Positions 18,254 through 28,872 of a stretch of DNA of 64,000 nt are shown in pieces. How positions within the stretch are numbered: position 1 is the first letter of the stretch; every line of letters starts with the position of its first letter. The position numbers and the translations under genes are program-made. Location: NCBI GenBank assembly GCA_963713975.1, contig OY970218.1:1728001-1792000 (forward strand), written 5' to 3'. A model generated the notes under the pieces. The model searched no databases. It saw only the letters and a list, made by a program, of their open reading frames with translations, and was not told the origin of the DNA. Source of the stretch: an uncultured Chloroflexia bacterium (lineage in GTDB: Bacteria; Chloroflexota; Limnocylindria; Limnocylindrales; CSP1-4).

Positions 18254-18408
18254 CGCGACCCGATTTCGCCGGACATATCACGCGCGAGTTGATGAGAGCC
18301 ATGACGCGCTCGGCGCGCGCGTCCCTCGTTGTTGTTTCGTGCGTGCCGCGCGCCCGAAGCACCTCAGACCCCCGATGGGATTGCCGTGAGGGAATTCCCA
18401 GAGGGGTA

Positions 18409-18436
18409 TTGACAGTGTTTTCCTTCTCTTGATGAT
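18409..18436 (+). promoter_or_regulatory. Possible promoter of the recombinase
   Basis: TTGACA at 18409 followed by a weak -10 (GATGAT) in an AT-richer patch. Confidence 0.3.
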
Positions 18437-18622
18437 CGCGCCGCGGTGCTCCTTCTCGCGCACCGGCCCGACCCCAGGGCCGAGCCACGCCGCTGTTCCC
18501 GTCGCCCTCCGGTGCCCCTTCCTTAACCGCGAGGCTGCGGATCGGCCGGCGTGCCCGCCGGAGCCAAGAACGGCCGTCCTCGTGGCTCCGTTGAGCTCCC
18601 GGAGCCACACGGGCTCGTGTCC

Positions 18623-20146
18623 ATGACCTCCAGGCTGCACGTCGTCTACATCCGCCGCTCGATGAAGCGCGAAGGCGACGCCGACGTGTCCGACGAGACG
18701 CAGGAGGCCGTGGCCCGGTCCCGGCTGCCCGCCGATGCCATGGCCGAGGTCATCCGCGATTCGGGTGGCCACTGCTCCGGGTACACCGACCAGCGGCCCG
18801 GGTACCAGCGCCTGCTGGAGCTGGTGCGGTCGGGGGCTGTCGCCGGGATAGCCGCTTACGACGACAGCCGGCTCAACCGCAACGCCGAGAACGCCCTCGG
18901 CCTCCACCGCGAGTGCCTGCTCCGCGGCGTGAGCCTGTACACCAGCTCCACCCCTGCCGGAGCGCTCTTCGAGTCGGGCGGCAAGCTCAACTACAGCATC
19001 CAAGCGGTGGTCGCCGAGTTCTACCGCAACCAGCAGAGCGAGCGGATGAAGGCGATGTTCGCCCAGACGTTCGCCGTCGGCGGGCATCGCGGTCAGGATC
19101 CCTTCGGGTACGCGACGGCCCGTGACCACCTCCGTCGCGTGGTCCACCCGCGCCGCCTCGAGATCGTGCCCGAGGAGGCTGACGTCGTCCGCCAGGTCTT
19201 CGCGGAGCTCGCCGAGATGCCGTTCTCGGAGATCAGCGATCGTTTCAACGCCGGGGGCGTCCTCCGGCCAAGGAGCGGCCCGTGGACCGCGGACGCGGTC
19301 AAGGCGATCTGGGACCGACGATGGGTGTACCTCGGCTTCGTTGTTCGTGGCCGTGGTCACGACGATCGTCACGCCGGGCAGCACGAGCCGATCATCACTG
19401 AAGAGGAGTTCCGGGCCGCACTCGCGGCCGTCGAGGCGCGCAAGCGTGGTCGAGGCAAGGCGCCGCGCTCGAGCCGGCGGGTCTACCTGCTTCGTGGTCT
19501 CGCGTTCTGTTCCTGCGGCAGCCGGATGCGCGGCGACGCCCGTGTCCGGAACGGACGGGAGTACCGCTACTACGCCTGCCCGGTCTCCGACGGCCGCGGT
19601 AGATGGCTCGGGCCGACCGGGGAGGAGCTCAGCTGCCAGGAGCGCCGCATCCGAGCTGAGGTCGCAGAGGCCGACGTCCTGTACGCAGTGCGCGCGCTGG
19701 TCCTTCCGGCGGCCGTCATCGACCTCGCCCGCGAGGAGCTGGCCAGGCGCCTCGCTCTCGCGCCGCCGGATCTCACCGAAAGCCAGCGCCGCACGCTCAA
19801 GGTCCGGCTCGAGAACCTGCGAAAGCAGCACGAGTGGGGCGACATCGACGACCCCGAGTACCGGGCGGCCCGCGAAGCGCTCGAACGACAGCTGATGCTC
19901 CTGCCCGACCCCGACAAGGTCGTCGGCCTCGATCAGCGCCGCAAGGTCCTGGTTTCGATGGCCGAGAACCTCGAGCGCGCGACCCCGTTGCAGCGGCGTG
20001 CGATCGTCGAGCTGCTGGTCGAGCGGGTCACGATCGCCGACCGCTCGGTCCGCGCCACCCTTTGGGCTGAGGCGGCGCGCGCGTTCCTCCCGGGTGCGCC
20101 AGCGCACCAGGAGTCGCCGGCGGATCACCGGCCGAGCGCGGGATAG
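18623..20146 (+). CDS. Large serine recombinase (integrase)
   Basis: VYIRRS catalytic Ser, SG..QRPGYQRL, SRLNR, PFGY, zinc ribbon CSCGSRM...YYAC...C, coiled coil. Confidence 0.93.
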   Translation: MTSRLHVVYIRRSMKREGDADVSDETQEAVARSRLPADAMAEVIRDSGGHCSGYTDQRPGYQRLLELVRSGAVAGIAAYDDSRLNRNAENALGLHRECLLRGVSLYTSSTPAGALFESGGKLNYSIQAVVAEFYRNQQSERMKAMFAQTFAVGGHRGQDPFGYATARDHLRRVVHPRRLEIVPEEADVVRQVFAELAEMPFSEISDRFNAGGVLRPRSGPWTADAVKAIWDRRWVYLGFVVRGRGHDDRHAGQHEPIITEEEFRAALAAVEARKRGRGKAPRSSRRVYLLRGLAFCSCGSRMRGDARVRNGREYRYYACPVSDGRGRWLGPTGEELSCQERRIRAEVAEADVLYAVRALVLPAAVIDLAREELARRLALAPPDLTESQRRTLKVRLENLRKQHEWGDIDDPEYRAAREALERQLMLLPDPDKVVGLDQRRKVLVSMAENLERATPLQRRAIVELLVERVTIADRSVRATLWAEAARAFLPGAPAHQESPADHRPSAG

Positions 20147-20235
20147 CCCATCGAGACCTCCGGGGTGCCTGGGCGCGTCGTCCGGCGCGGCCCCGCGCCG
20201 CGCCGGCGGTCGCGGACGCGCCTCGCGCCATGGGG

Positions 20236-23200
20236 TCAGGCGGCGACAGCCGTCGCGCGGACTCTCTTGAGCGTCGCGATGAGCTGGTCGACATCCGCCC
20301 CGGCGAAGAGCCCGTCCGGCCCGAACGGGGCGATGTCCGTGAAGGGCGACTCGTAGAGCAGCTCGGCCCTCATGAAGCCGTGCTCGGTCAGGTGGTCGAC
20401 GATCAGGTTGACGAACTCGATCTGGTTCGCGGTCAGGGTCCGCCCGGCCAGGAAGTCGCCGAACGCCTCCTTCGCCGCGGCTCGGTCGAGCCCGACGAGG
20501 GTCCTGACGAACAGCCCGAGCCCCTCGGACTCCGCCTTGGCGCGCTCGAGCGCGCCCTTGTCGCCGACGCCGCTCTCGAGGAGCATCCGTTCGAGCTCGG
20601 CCAGATCGGTCGGCGTCAGTGGTCGGTTCATGCGCAGCTTGCGTATGGCCGCGTGGTCCTGGTGCTCTCGCAGGAACGCTTGGGCCTTGGCGCGGAACTT
20701 CTCGAAGTCGATCCCGGCCACAAGGCCCGGCAGGCCGATCTCGACCTCGGCGCCCATCAGGTCCTCGAAGTCGACGTAAAGGACACGACGCCGCGCCTTC
20801 TCGATGAACGGGACTAGGTCGCGCAGGTGCCGCCGCGCGCGCTCCAACATCGGGAGCGTGACGTGGATCCACCAGTCGTCGGTCTGGACCTCCTCGATGA
20901 GCGCAAGCTGGGCTCTGACCATCGGGATGGCGGCCTTCTCCTCGAGGATCGACGCGATCGCCTTCACCTGGTCGCGCAGCCCCTCGAACGCGGGAAGCGA
21001 CCGGAGGAAGGCGAGCTCGAGGTTGAGCACGAGCAGGTCGAACCGCCTGGTCTCCTCGGCCTCGGCGTCGAGTCTCGGCCGGCAGCCCGGCGACGTGGGT
21101 CGCCAACTCCGCCCGGTCCTCGGCCGACAGCGGCCCCCACGCCTCCGGCTGCCGGAACCGCTCGACGAGGCGCCGCTGCGGGCGGACCAGGAAGTTGTCC
21201 AGGTTCATCGCCGCGACCTCGCCGTGCAGCGACGCCGCAAAGGCTCGCCGGACCTCCTCGTCGGTGCTCGGGTCGCCGTAGACGGGGGCCGCCGGCGCCG
21301 CTGCCCTCGTCGCATCGCCGCCTGGGCGTTGGTCAAGCGCCGCGACGAGCTCCATGCGCCGGATGAAGAGCTTCTTGCTGAGCGGCTCGGCGACCGAGCC
21401 CTCGGTCATCGGCGCGTCCTGGCTGAAGTACTCGAGGTTCCCGCAGTAGTCGAAGAGCCGGAACTTGCTCTTGTCGTCCCCGGGACCGAAGAGGTCGGGG
21501 CACAAGCGCGTCCCCCGGCCCAGCATCTGCCAGAACTTGGTCTTCGAGCGGACGAGCTTGAAGAGGACGAGGTTCACGACCTCGGGGATATCGATCCCGG
21601 TGTCGAGCATGTCGACCGAGATCGCGATGTGCGGGGCCTTGTCCTTGGCGGAGAACCAGTCGATGAGGCTTTGCGCGTACTCGGTCTTGAAGGTGATGGT
21701 GCGCGCGAATTCGCCGCGGTAGTGCGGGTAGTTGGCGTTGAACCGCTCGGCGATAAAGTCCGCGTGCGCCTGGTTCTTGGCGAAGACGATCGTCTTGCCA
21801 AGCCGGTCGCCGCCCGCGACCTTAATGCCGCGCTCCATAAGGTGCGCGAGCACCTTGTCGACTGTGTCGACGTTGAACAGCCAGCGGTTGACAGCCTCGG
21901 CAGTGACGGTGTCCGGCGGGTCGTCTCTCCCACTCGAGCGCGTCGTACGCGTCCTTCTCGTCCTCGGAAAGCTCGTCGTACTTGATGCCCTCACGCTGGA
22001 ACTTCAGCGGGACCGACACCGCCTCGGGCGGGACCAGGAAGCCGTCACGGACGGCCTCCTCGAGCGAGTAGGCGTCCGTCGGGACGCCGGTCTCGAGGTC
22101 GAACAGGCCGTAGGTGTTGCGGTCGACCTCGTCCTTAGGTGTCGCCGTCAGCCCGACCAGGAGAGAATCGAAGTAGTCGAAGATCGCACGATACTTTGCG
22201 AAGACCGAGCGATGGGCTTCGTCGATAACCACGAGGTCGAAGTGTCCGGCTCCGAACCGGCGCTGCCCGTCGGTCGCCTCATCGATCAGGCCCATCATGG
22301 TCGGGTAGGTCGAGACGAAGACGCGGCCCTCACCCGCCGGGTCGTCGAGGAGGTTCACGGGCGATGCCTCGGGGAGGAACGCCTTGAAGGCGTTCGTCGC
22401 CTGCCGAACGAGCGCGACCCGGTCCGCCAGGAAGAGGATGCGCTTGGCCCAGTTGGCGCGCATCAGCAGGTCGGCGAGCGCGATGATGGTGCGGGTCTTG
22501 CCCGCACCAGTTGCCATGACCAGGAGCGCCTTGCGCTGGCGGTCGCTCTCGAAAGACTCGGCTATCCGGCGGATGGCGCGGGTCTGGTAGTAGCGCTCGA
22601 CGATCGTCGGACTGATCGACGCTGTCGCCAAGGGCCTTGCGGCTCGTGCGGCGCTGGACCAGCAGCTCAAGCTCAGCCCTCTTGTAGAAGCCCGATACCC
22701 GGCGCGGCGGGTAATGCGCGTCGTCCCAGAGCCAGTGCTCGTAGCCGTTCGAGTAGAAGATGACCGGGCGTCGGCCGAACCGCGCCTCCAGGCAGTCGGC
22801 GTACAGGCTCGCCTGCTGCTGGCCGGCCCGCGGGTCGCGGCGGGTCCGCTTGGCCTCGACCAGGCCGAGCGGGAGTCCGTCGTCTCCCCAGAGGACGTAG
22901 TCGACGAAGCCGCGGCCGTCGCCGTTCGGCATGCCGGCGACCTCGAACTCGCGGTCGCGAACCTCGGCGAGTGGCCAGCCGGCCTCCTTGAGCAGGAGGT
23001 CGATGAAGTAGTCGCGTGTATCGGCCTCGGAGTAGTCGTGGAGGTCAGGCTGCGTCGCGGCGGCCTTCCTGGCGGCCGCGACCTCGGCACGCAGCCGCCT
23101 CAGTTCCTCGTCGAGCACGCCTTTGTCCGAGAGTAGTGCCGCGAGCTTCTCGTCCCGTTCGCGCAGACTCGCCTCCAGACGCCGCAACTGATCCGCAGTC

Positions 23201-23646
23201 TGCGGCTCGGCCGTCCCTGACTTGGGAAGCGCCCCGGCATCGAACGTTAAGCCGGGCGCCGGTCTTCCCATGCGCCCGTAAGTGCGGGCGAACCAGTAGG
23301 TGACGTGGAAGAGCTCGCGCACAGCGGCCAGGGCATCGACGGCCGGCACGGCGCCGTGGCTGTGCACCGCCCGGTTCCCGAGAGTGTTGATCACGCGGGC
23401 CTTGCTGAACACGGCTTCGCCGGCAGACTGCTTGAAGCTCGGCTCATGGATCAGCGCAGATAGGTTGTCCTGATACGGCAGCCTGAGCCCGACATCGTGT
23501 TTGTAGGCCCAGCTCACCGCCAGCTCCAGCGCGCGACGAGCATAGAAGCATGCCGCGCGCGGGTCGCTGTGCACGGCGGCTTCCGCCTTCGAGGCAGCCT
23601 CGAAGACCGACGCCCATTCAGGCTGGAGGAAAGCGAACTGGCTCAC
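20236..23646 (-). pseudogene. hsdR: Type I restriction enzyme R subunit (EcoEI/EcoAI-like) broken by three +1 frameshifts
   Basis: DUF4145-like N-terminus, VDYVLW..LVEAK, MATGAGKT, DEAH, LTATP, QMLGRGTR, LYESPFTD C-terminus spread over four ORFs; extra bases near 22635, 21926 and 21073. Confidence 0.85.
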
Positions 23647-24602
23647 CTCGTGCGCCTCCAGAATGCGAGGCGGCCCAGCAGGCTCCCTGACTTGTTCTCC
23701 TCGGCGGGCGATGCGACGAGGGCTGCCAGGGCCGCGGCAGCGGGAATCGCCTGACGGCCGCTGGCCCCGAAGATCGCATCGGCGCTGAGGCGATCCTCAA
23801 GGTATGGGGTGAATCCGGTGAGAAGGATGGACATTGCCACCATGTCTCGCATGTCCATCGGGCGCAGCGCGTTAGCGGGAGTACCGCCATGACGAATGCC
23901 CGGGTAGTCGGAAGCGAACCCATAGAGGTCCTTCATCGCCGCCTTGAGCTTCTCGTGCGGCCAGGTGCCGACCTGATCGCATATCGCCCCCAAGGTCTTG
24001 CCCGTGACGCCCGGATACCCGCGCCCGATCGCCTCCACCAGGTTCACCTGCTTCTGGATGCAGGTCTTGATGCGCCCGTCGGAGCTGTCGTGCCCGAGAT
24101 CCCGCACTGCGTTCTCGAATTCCTTTGTCAGGGCGTCGAGATGGGGGTCCTGACTCGTCAATGCCCGCAGGTCGCGCACGAGGCTCGCGAACAGGCCAGG
24201 AAGCGTCGGACAGAAGATGCACGGTCGTCGTAGGTCGTAGCGGAGGTTGAACTTGTCGATGAAGGCCGCAAGCACGTTGAAATAGCGGTTGGACAGCTCG
24301 TCGCCGCCCAGGTCATCGAGCGCCGGGTGCGCGGCCTCCAAGAAGGTGAGCACTGCTCGCTCGCCTGCGAGGTCTGTCGCCCTCGTCCCCTCGAAGGCAG
24401 CCCGGCTCTGAACCGGGTTGTCGATTATGTCGGCGAGGGCTTCGATCGAGGGCTGTTCCTTGAGCGCCTTGGCAAGCTCTCGATATAGCTCACAGAAGAT
24501 GTCCTCCGGAACGTCCTCGTTCTCACCTAGCGGTTCGTCAATCAGTCGGAGCCAGATCTCCTGCCACGTCTCCGCCCAGACACTGATGAACTCGCCATGC
24601 AT
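23643..24602 (-). CDS. Accessory gene inside the hsd operon, AbiJ/HEPN-like C-terminus
   Basis: Between hsdS and hsdR with tight coupling; LYGFASDYPGIRHG motif. Confidence 0.65.
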   Translation of the reverse strand: MHGEFISVWAETWQEIWLRLIDEPLGENEDVPEDIFCELYRELAKALKEQPSIEALADIIDNPVQSRAAFEGTRATDLAGERAVLTFLEAAHPALDDLGGDELSNRYFNVLAAFIDKFNLRYDLRRPCIFCPTLPGLFASLVRDLRALTSQDPHLDALTKEFENAVRDLGHDSSDGRIKTCIQKQVNLVEAIGRGYPGVTGKTLGAICDQVGTWPHEKLKAAMKDLYGFASDYPGIRHGGTPANALRPMDMRDMVAMSILLTGFTPYLEDRLSADAIFGASGRQAIPAAAALAALVASPAEENKSGSLLGRLAFWRRTR

Positions 24603-24604
24603 TG

Positions 24605-25798
24605 CTACAGCCCTGCGCTGAAGGCGTGCTGCTGAAGTGAGGCGAAGAGGGATTCCAGCTCTGCCAGACCCGCGAGCTGCTGGTTCCTAATCGCGTCGCT
24701 GACCGACAACCGCCTGGCAAATTCGAGCTGAAGAGCGAGCGGCGGGCTCAGGAGGGGGAATGCTCGAAGCTGCGTCATGTTGATCGACGCAATGCCAGTC
24801 GTCTGTTTCGCCGATCGGAGGAAATATCTCTTTCCGCGCTGGCTCCCCACTAGCCAGTTCAAGAACAAGGGCGTCACCTCCTCGGATCGGAGGCGTACAC
24901 GAAACACGTGATTCTGGTGAATGCACTCAGGCAGCTCCTTGCTCCACAGGGTGCCGCGACCCAGCTTGTCCGGATCACCTCCCTCTGTCAGCAGCAAGTC
25001 ATTCTGCTCCAGGCGGTAGCGCTGAATCTCCTGCTCTGTCGCCTCGGTGGTCTTCGTCAGCGTGAGATCGAGGCGCCGGTCTTGTACGTTCACGACTGCC
25101 AGATAGGGAACCGTTCGCGTAGCCTTACCAGCGAGATTCCGCCCGATCGTTACCCCGGAGACAATTTCGGCCACGTCGCAGAGCTGAGTGGAGTCCGGCC
25201 ATCCCTTCGGGTTCGTGGCGGGGTCGCCGAACATATCGAGGAAGATGGCTAGGTTGAGAGCATCGAGCTGCATAAGGGACGAGCGGCGCTTGGCGCGCAG
25301 CGTGTCTGCCTTCTCCAGGACAGCCGCAATCCGTTCTCGATCGGCTGGCGATCTGGGCGCTCGGATTCTCATGCTCTCGATATCGCCAAGCCTTATCGAA
25401 GGATACGCAGCATCTTTGATTAGGACGGTCGGCGAGAATCGCCGAAGAGCCTGGGCAAGAAAGGCACTGTCGCTCGTCTCGTGTGGCACCAAAGCCGCTA
25501 GGTGATTCACAACGTATGCCGGTTTCCTGAGGCGATAGACAAGCCCTTTGGTCGCCGACATTCCACTCTTGGCAAACAACACGGTGCCCGCCGGGTAGAG
25601 CCTGAGGCCGTACTGCTTCGCGACTGCTGGCTCGATCCGCTCAAGGCTGTCTTCCCCTGCGCCGTCCAGGAGCTTGGACAGACTGCCAGCGCGGATGAAC
25701 GGGGAGCCGGCCCTCGAGAAGGCCGCCGAGTCCTGAGGTGCACCCCCTCCCGCGTGGACTGTCGCCAGCTCGGATAGCGGCATGGACGCGAGGGTCAT
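24605..25798 (-). CDS. hsdS: Type I R-M specificity subunit
   Basis: Two TRDs with conserved helices (ERIAAVLEKAD, FLDMFGDP, PPLALQLEF, SLQQHAFSAGL). Confidence 0.92.
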   Translation of the reverse strand: MTLASMPLSELATVHAGGGAPQDSAAFSRAGSPFIRAGSLSKLLDGAGEDSLERIEPAVAKQYGLRLYPAGTVLFAKSGMSATKGLVYRLRKPAYVVNHLAALVPHETSDSAFLAQALRRFSPTVLIKDAAYPSIRLGDIESMRIRAPRSPADRERIAAVLEKADTLRAKRRSSLMQLDALNLAIFLDMFGDPATNPKGWPDSTQLCDVAEIVSGVTIGRNLAGKATRTVPYLAVVNVQDRRLDLTLTKTTEATEQEIQRYRLEQNDLLLTEGGDPDKLGRGTLWSKELPECIHQNHVFRVRLRSEEVTPLFLNWLVGSQRGKRYFLRSAKQTTGIASINMTQLRAFPLLSPPLALQLEFARRLSVSDAIRNQQLAGLAELESLFASLQQHAFSAGL

Positions 25799-27333
25799 CC
25801 CAACATCCCCTCCAGCTGTGTCATCTCCCGCTGGATCTCCTCCTCTAGCGTCGCCAGGTCCGCGAGGATTTCCTTCGGCGGTCGGTGCTCCATCTCCTCG
25901 TGCACGATTTCCTGGTAGCGGTTGAGAGAGAGGTCGTAGCCATGCGCGGCGATGTCGGCCTTCGGTACGCAGAAGCTTTGCGCGGTGCGAGGTTGCTGGC
26001 GCTCGGCACCATTCCGCTCCGTCCAGCGCGCGAGCACATCGGGTAGGTTGTTCCTCTGGTGCTCGCCAGCAGCCAGCGCTGTCCGCGGTACGGCGCCAAG
26101 CTTGTCCTCGCTCAGCAGGGGCGTCCGCCTGTCGTCGAGGCTCCGGCCATCGGCCGCGACATCGTAGAACCAGACCTGGTCTGTGCCCCCTGAGTTGGTC
26201 TTCGTGAAGAACAGGATGGCCGTCGAGACGCCCGCATACGGCCGAAAGGCGCCGCTCGGGAGCGACACGACGGCATCCAACTTCTGCTCTTCAACCAGCA
26301 TCTGCCGGAGGGCCTTGTGTGCCTTGCTCGAGCCGAAGAGGACACCGTCGGGGACGATGACGGCGGCCCGGCCGCCCGGCTTGAGGAGTCGCAGGAAGAG
26401 CGCGAGGAAGAGCAGCTCGGTCTTCCTGGTCTTGACAATCGCGAGCAGGTCCTTCGCCGTGCCCTCGTCGTCGAGGCTGCCGGCGAACGGAGGATTGGCG
26501 AGAACGAGCGTGTAAGCCTCCGCATCCGCTGCATGGTCCTGGGCGAGCGAGTCGCGATACCGGATGTCCGGGTTTTCGATGCCGTGGAGCAACATGTTCA
26601 TGCTTCCGATCCGGAGCATGGTGTTGTCGAAGTCAAAGCCGTGGAACATCCCCTCATGGAAGTGCTTCCGCAACTTCGCGTCGTGCAGTAGGTTCGGATA
26701 CTGGCGCCGGAGGTACTCGCCCGCGGCGACCAGGAAGCCGGCGGTGCCGCAGGCCGGGTCGCAAATCGTGTCCGTCGGCTGCGGGGCCGTCATCTCGACC
26801 ATGAGGGCGATGATGTCCCGTGGCGTTCGGAACTGTCCGTTCTGGCCCGCGGTGGCGATCTTGCCGAGCATGTACTCGTAGAGGTCGCCCTTGGTATCGC
26901 GGTCCGCCATCGGCACTTCGTCGATTAGGTCGACGACCTTCGCTAGCAGTGCCGGTGTCGGGATCGTGAACCGAGCGTCCTTCATGTGGTGCGCATACGT
27001 GGAGTCGTCCGCGCCCAGCGTCCGCAGGAAGGGAAAGACGCTGTCGCGGACTATCGCGAACATCTCGGCCGGGGCTTCGTTCTTGAAGCGAGACCACCGG
27101 AGCTGCTCGTACCGGCGCCCGAGCGCATCCTGCCCGTCGGGGTAGAACCGCCGCGTCATCGGTTCGCCGAGACGAGCGGCCTTGTTCTCCTCAAGCGTCT
27201 CGAGGTCATCGAGCCGGCGGAGGAAGAGCAGGTAGGTGATCTGCTCGATTACCTCGAGGGGGTTGGAAATGCCGCCGGACCAGAAGGCGTCCCAGATCCG
27301 GTCGATTTGGGACCGCAGTTGGCCGGTCAGCAT
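25795..27333 (-). CDS. hsdM: Type I R-M N6-adenine methyltransferase
   Basis: GQFRTPR, DPACGTAGFL, NPPF, VPDGVLFG; start ATG 27333. Confidence 0.95.
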   Translation of the reverse strand: MLTGQLRSQIDRIWDAFWSGGISNPLEVIEQITYLLFLRRLDDLETLEENKAARLGEPMTRRFYPDGQDALGRRYEQLRWSRFKNEAPAEMFAIVRDSVFPFLRTLGADDSTYAHHMKDARFTIPTPALLAKVVDLIDEVPMADRDTKGDLYEYMLGKIATAGQNGQFRTPRDIIALMVEMTAPQPTDTICDPACGTAGFLVAAGEYLRRQYPNLLHDAKLRKHFHEGMFHGFDFDNTMLRIGSMNMLLHGIENPDIRYRDSLAQDHAADAEAYTLVLANPPFAGSLDDEGTAKDLLAIVKTRKTELLFLALFLRLLKPGGRAAVIVPDGVLFGSSKAHKALRQMLVEEQKLDAVVSLPSGAFRPYAGVSTAILFFTKTNSGGTDQVWFYDVAADGRSLDDRRTPLLSEDKLGAVPRTALAAGEHQRNNLPDVLARWTERNGAERQQPRTAQSFCVPKADIAAHGYDLSLNRYQEIVHEEMEHRPPKEILADLATLEEEIQREMTQLEGMLG

Positions 27334-27586
27334 GAGGAGACCCCCGATATGCGATGGCGCATGATGGCTGCGCTCTACTGTAGCGATCGACTCACTGGAT
27401 CGGTGCTCGCTGAGCTCAGCAACGGTGGAAGTGGCATCCAGGACTGACGCGTCCGATGGCCGCGCGCTCGCCGCCCGAGGGAATGCCGCGACAACAGTCT
27501 GGACGGGAACGCGAAGGGGATTGCCTTCACACACACCCGCAGTTGCACGTCGGCCGCGTGGCGCCGGGGGGCGGCGGGTCATCGAC

Positions 27587-27612
27587 GTGTGTTGTTCTGG
27601 CGCGCCCGGAGG
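27587..27612. repeat. att arm GTGTGTTGTT + 16-bp direct repeat CTGGCGCGCCCGGAGG
   Basis: 27597-27612 is identical to 28929-28944. Confidence 0.9.
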
Positions 27613-27684
27613 TGTCTGAGTTCACGACATAGGTGACACCTGATAGGGCACACATGAGTCGGGACATGCGTGACAGTCCGCCGC

Positions 27685-28872
27685 ATGTCGAAGCACCGCG
27701 TGTCCGTCCTCAAGGTCGTCTCTGGGCAGCTGTCCGTCACCGCCGCCGCAGCGGAGTGCCACCTCTCCCGGGGCCATCTACAGCGGCTCCTCGCCAGGTA
27801 CCGGGAGGCCGGCCTCGACGGCCTGGAGCCCCGGTCCCGTCGGCCGCGGACGAGCCCCCATGCGGTGCCCGACGGCGTCCGTGCCCGGATCACCGCGCTG
27901 CGGACGGAGCTTGCCGGGCGGGGTCTCGACGCCGGTCCTGCCACCATCGCCTGGCACCTGGAGCGCGAGGGCCTGACGGTGCCCTCGACCTCCACGATCC
28001 GCCGGGTCCTCCACGCCGCGGGCCTCGTCGTGCCCGAGCCGCACAAGCGGCCCCGGAGCTCCTGGATCCGCTTCGAGGCGGCCGCGCCCAACGGGGTCTG
28101 GCAGGCGGACTTCACCCACTGGCGGCTCGCCGACGGGAGCGGGGTCGAGATCGCGAGCTGGCTCGACGACCACTCCCGCTTCCTGCTCGGGTGCACGGTG
28201 TTCCGCCGGGTCAGCGGCGACGACGTGGTCGCGACCTTCACCGCCGCCGGCGACGAGCACGGCTGGCCCGCCGCCACGCTCACCGACAACGGGACCGTGT
28301 ACACCGCCCGGCTGGTCGGAGGTCGCAACGGCCTCGAGCACCTGCTCGCGTACCTCGGCATCCGCCAGAAGAACGGGGCTCCTGGCCACCCCCAGACCCA
28401 GGGGAAGGTCGAGCGCTTCCACCAGACCCTCAAGCGCTGGCTGGCACGGCAGCCACGCGCGCGGACCCTCGCGGCGCTCCAGGCCCAGCTCGACGCCTTC
28501 CGCGACGTCTACAACGAGCAGCGGCCCCACCGGGCGATCGGCCGGCGGACACCCGGCGAGGCGTACCGGGCGATCCCGAAGGACCGGCCATCGGCCCCCG
28601 CCGGCCGCGGCCACTTCCGCCTGCGCTACGACACCACCGATGCCAAGGGTGCCATGACCCTGCGCCGGGCAGGGCGCCTTCACCACCTCAAGGTCGGCCA
28701 GGCCCACGCCCGCACCAAGGTGCTCGCGATCGTGGACGAGCAGGCGGTCACGGTCGTCGCCCTCCACACGGGCGAGATCCTGTCGGCCCATCGCATCGAG
28801 CCCGACAAGGGCTACTGGCGCAACACGCGGAGAGACCCCGGCCGATGGCCGGGGTCTCAGGCGACCGGGTGA
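27685..28872 (+). CDS. IS481-family DDE transposase
   Basis: N-terminal HTH, SRRPRTSP, WQADF, TDNG, GKVERFH, YNEQRPH. Confidence 0.95.
   Translation: MSKHRVSVLKVVSGQLSVTAAAAECHLSRGHLQRLLARYREAGLDGLEPRSRRPRTSPHAVPDGVRARITALRTELAGRGLDAGPATIAWHLEREGLTVPSTSTIRRVLHAAGLVVPEPHKRPRSSWIRFEAAAPNGVWQADFTHWRLADGSGVEIASWLDDHSRFLLGCTVFRRVSGDDVVATFTAAGDEHGWPAATLTDNGTVYTARLVGGRNGLEHLLAYLGIRQKNGAPGHPQTQGKVERFHQTLKRWLARQPRARTLAALQAQLDAFRDVYNEQRPHRAIGRRTPGEAYRAIPKDRPSAPAGRGHFRLRYDTTDAKGAMTLRRAGRLHHLKVGQAHARTKVLAIVDEQAVTVVALHTGEILSAHRIEPDKGYWRNTRRDPGRWPGSQATG
28832..28858. terminator. Perfect GC hairpin inside the transposase 3' end (possible terminator or processing signal)
   Basis: GAGACCCCGGCC-GAT-GGCCGGGGTCTC; also at 9421-9447 and, imperfect, near 1639-1664; no U-tract. 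Confidence 0.35.

Noticed and set aside
18278-21994. 1238-aa minus-strand ORF
   Set aside because: Only about the first 300 codons are HsdR; the rest is out-of-frame read-through, mostly antisense to the recombinase
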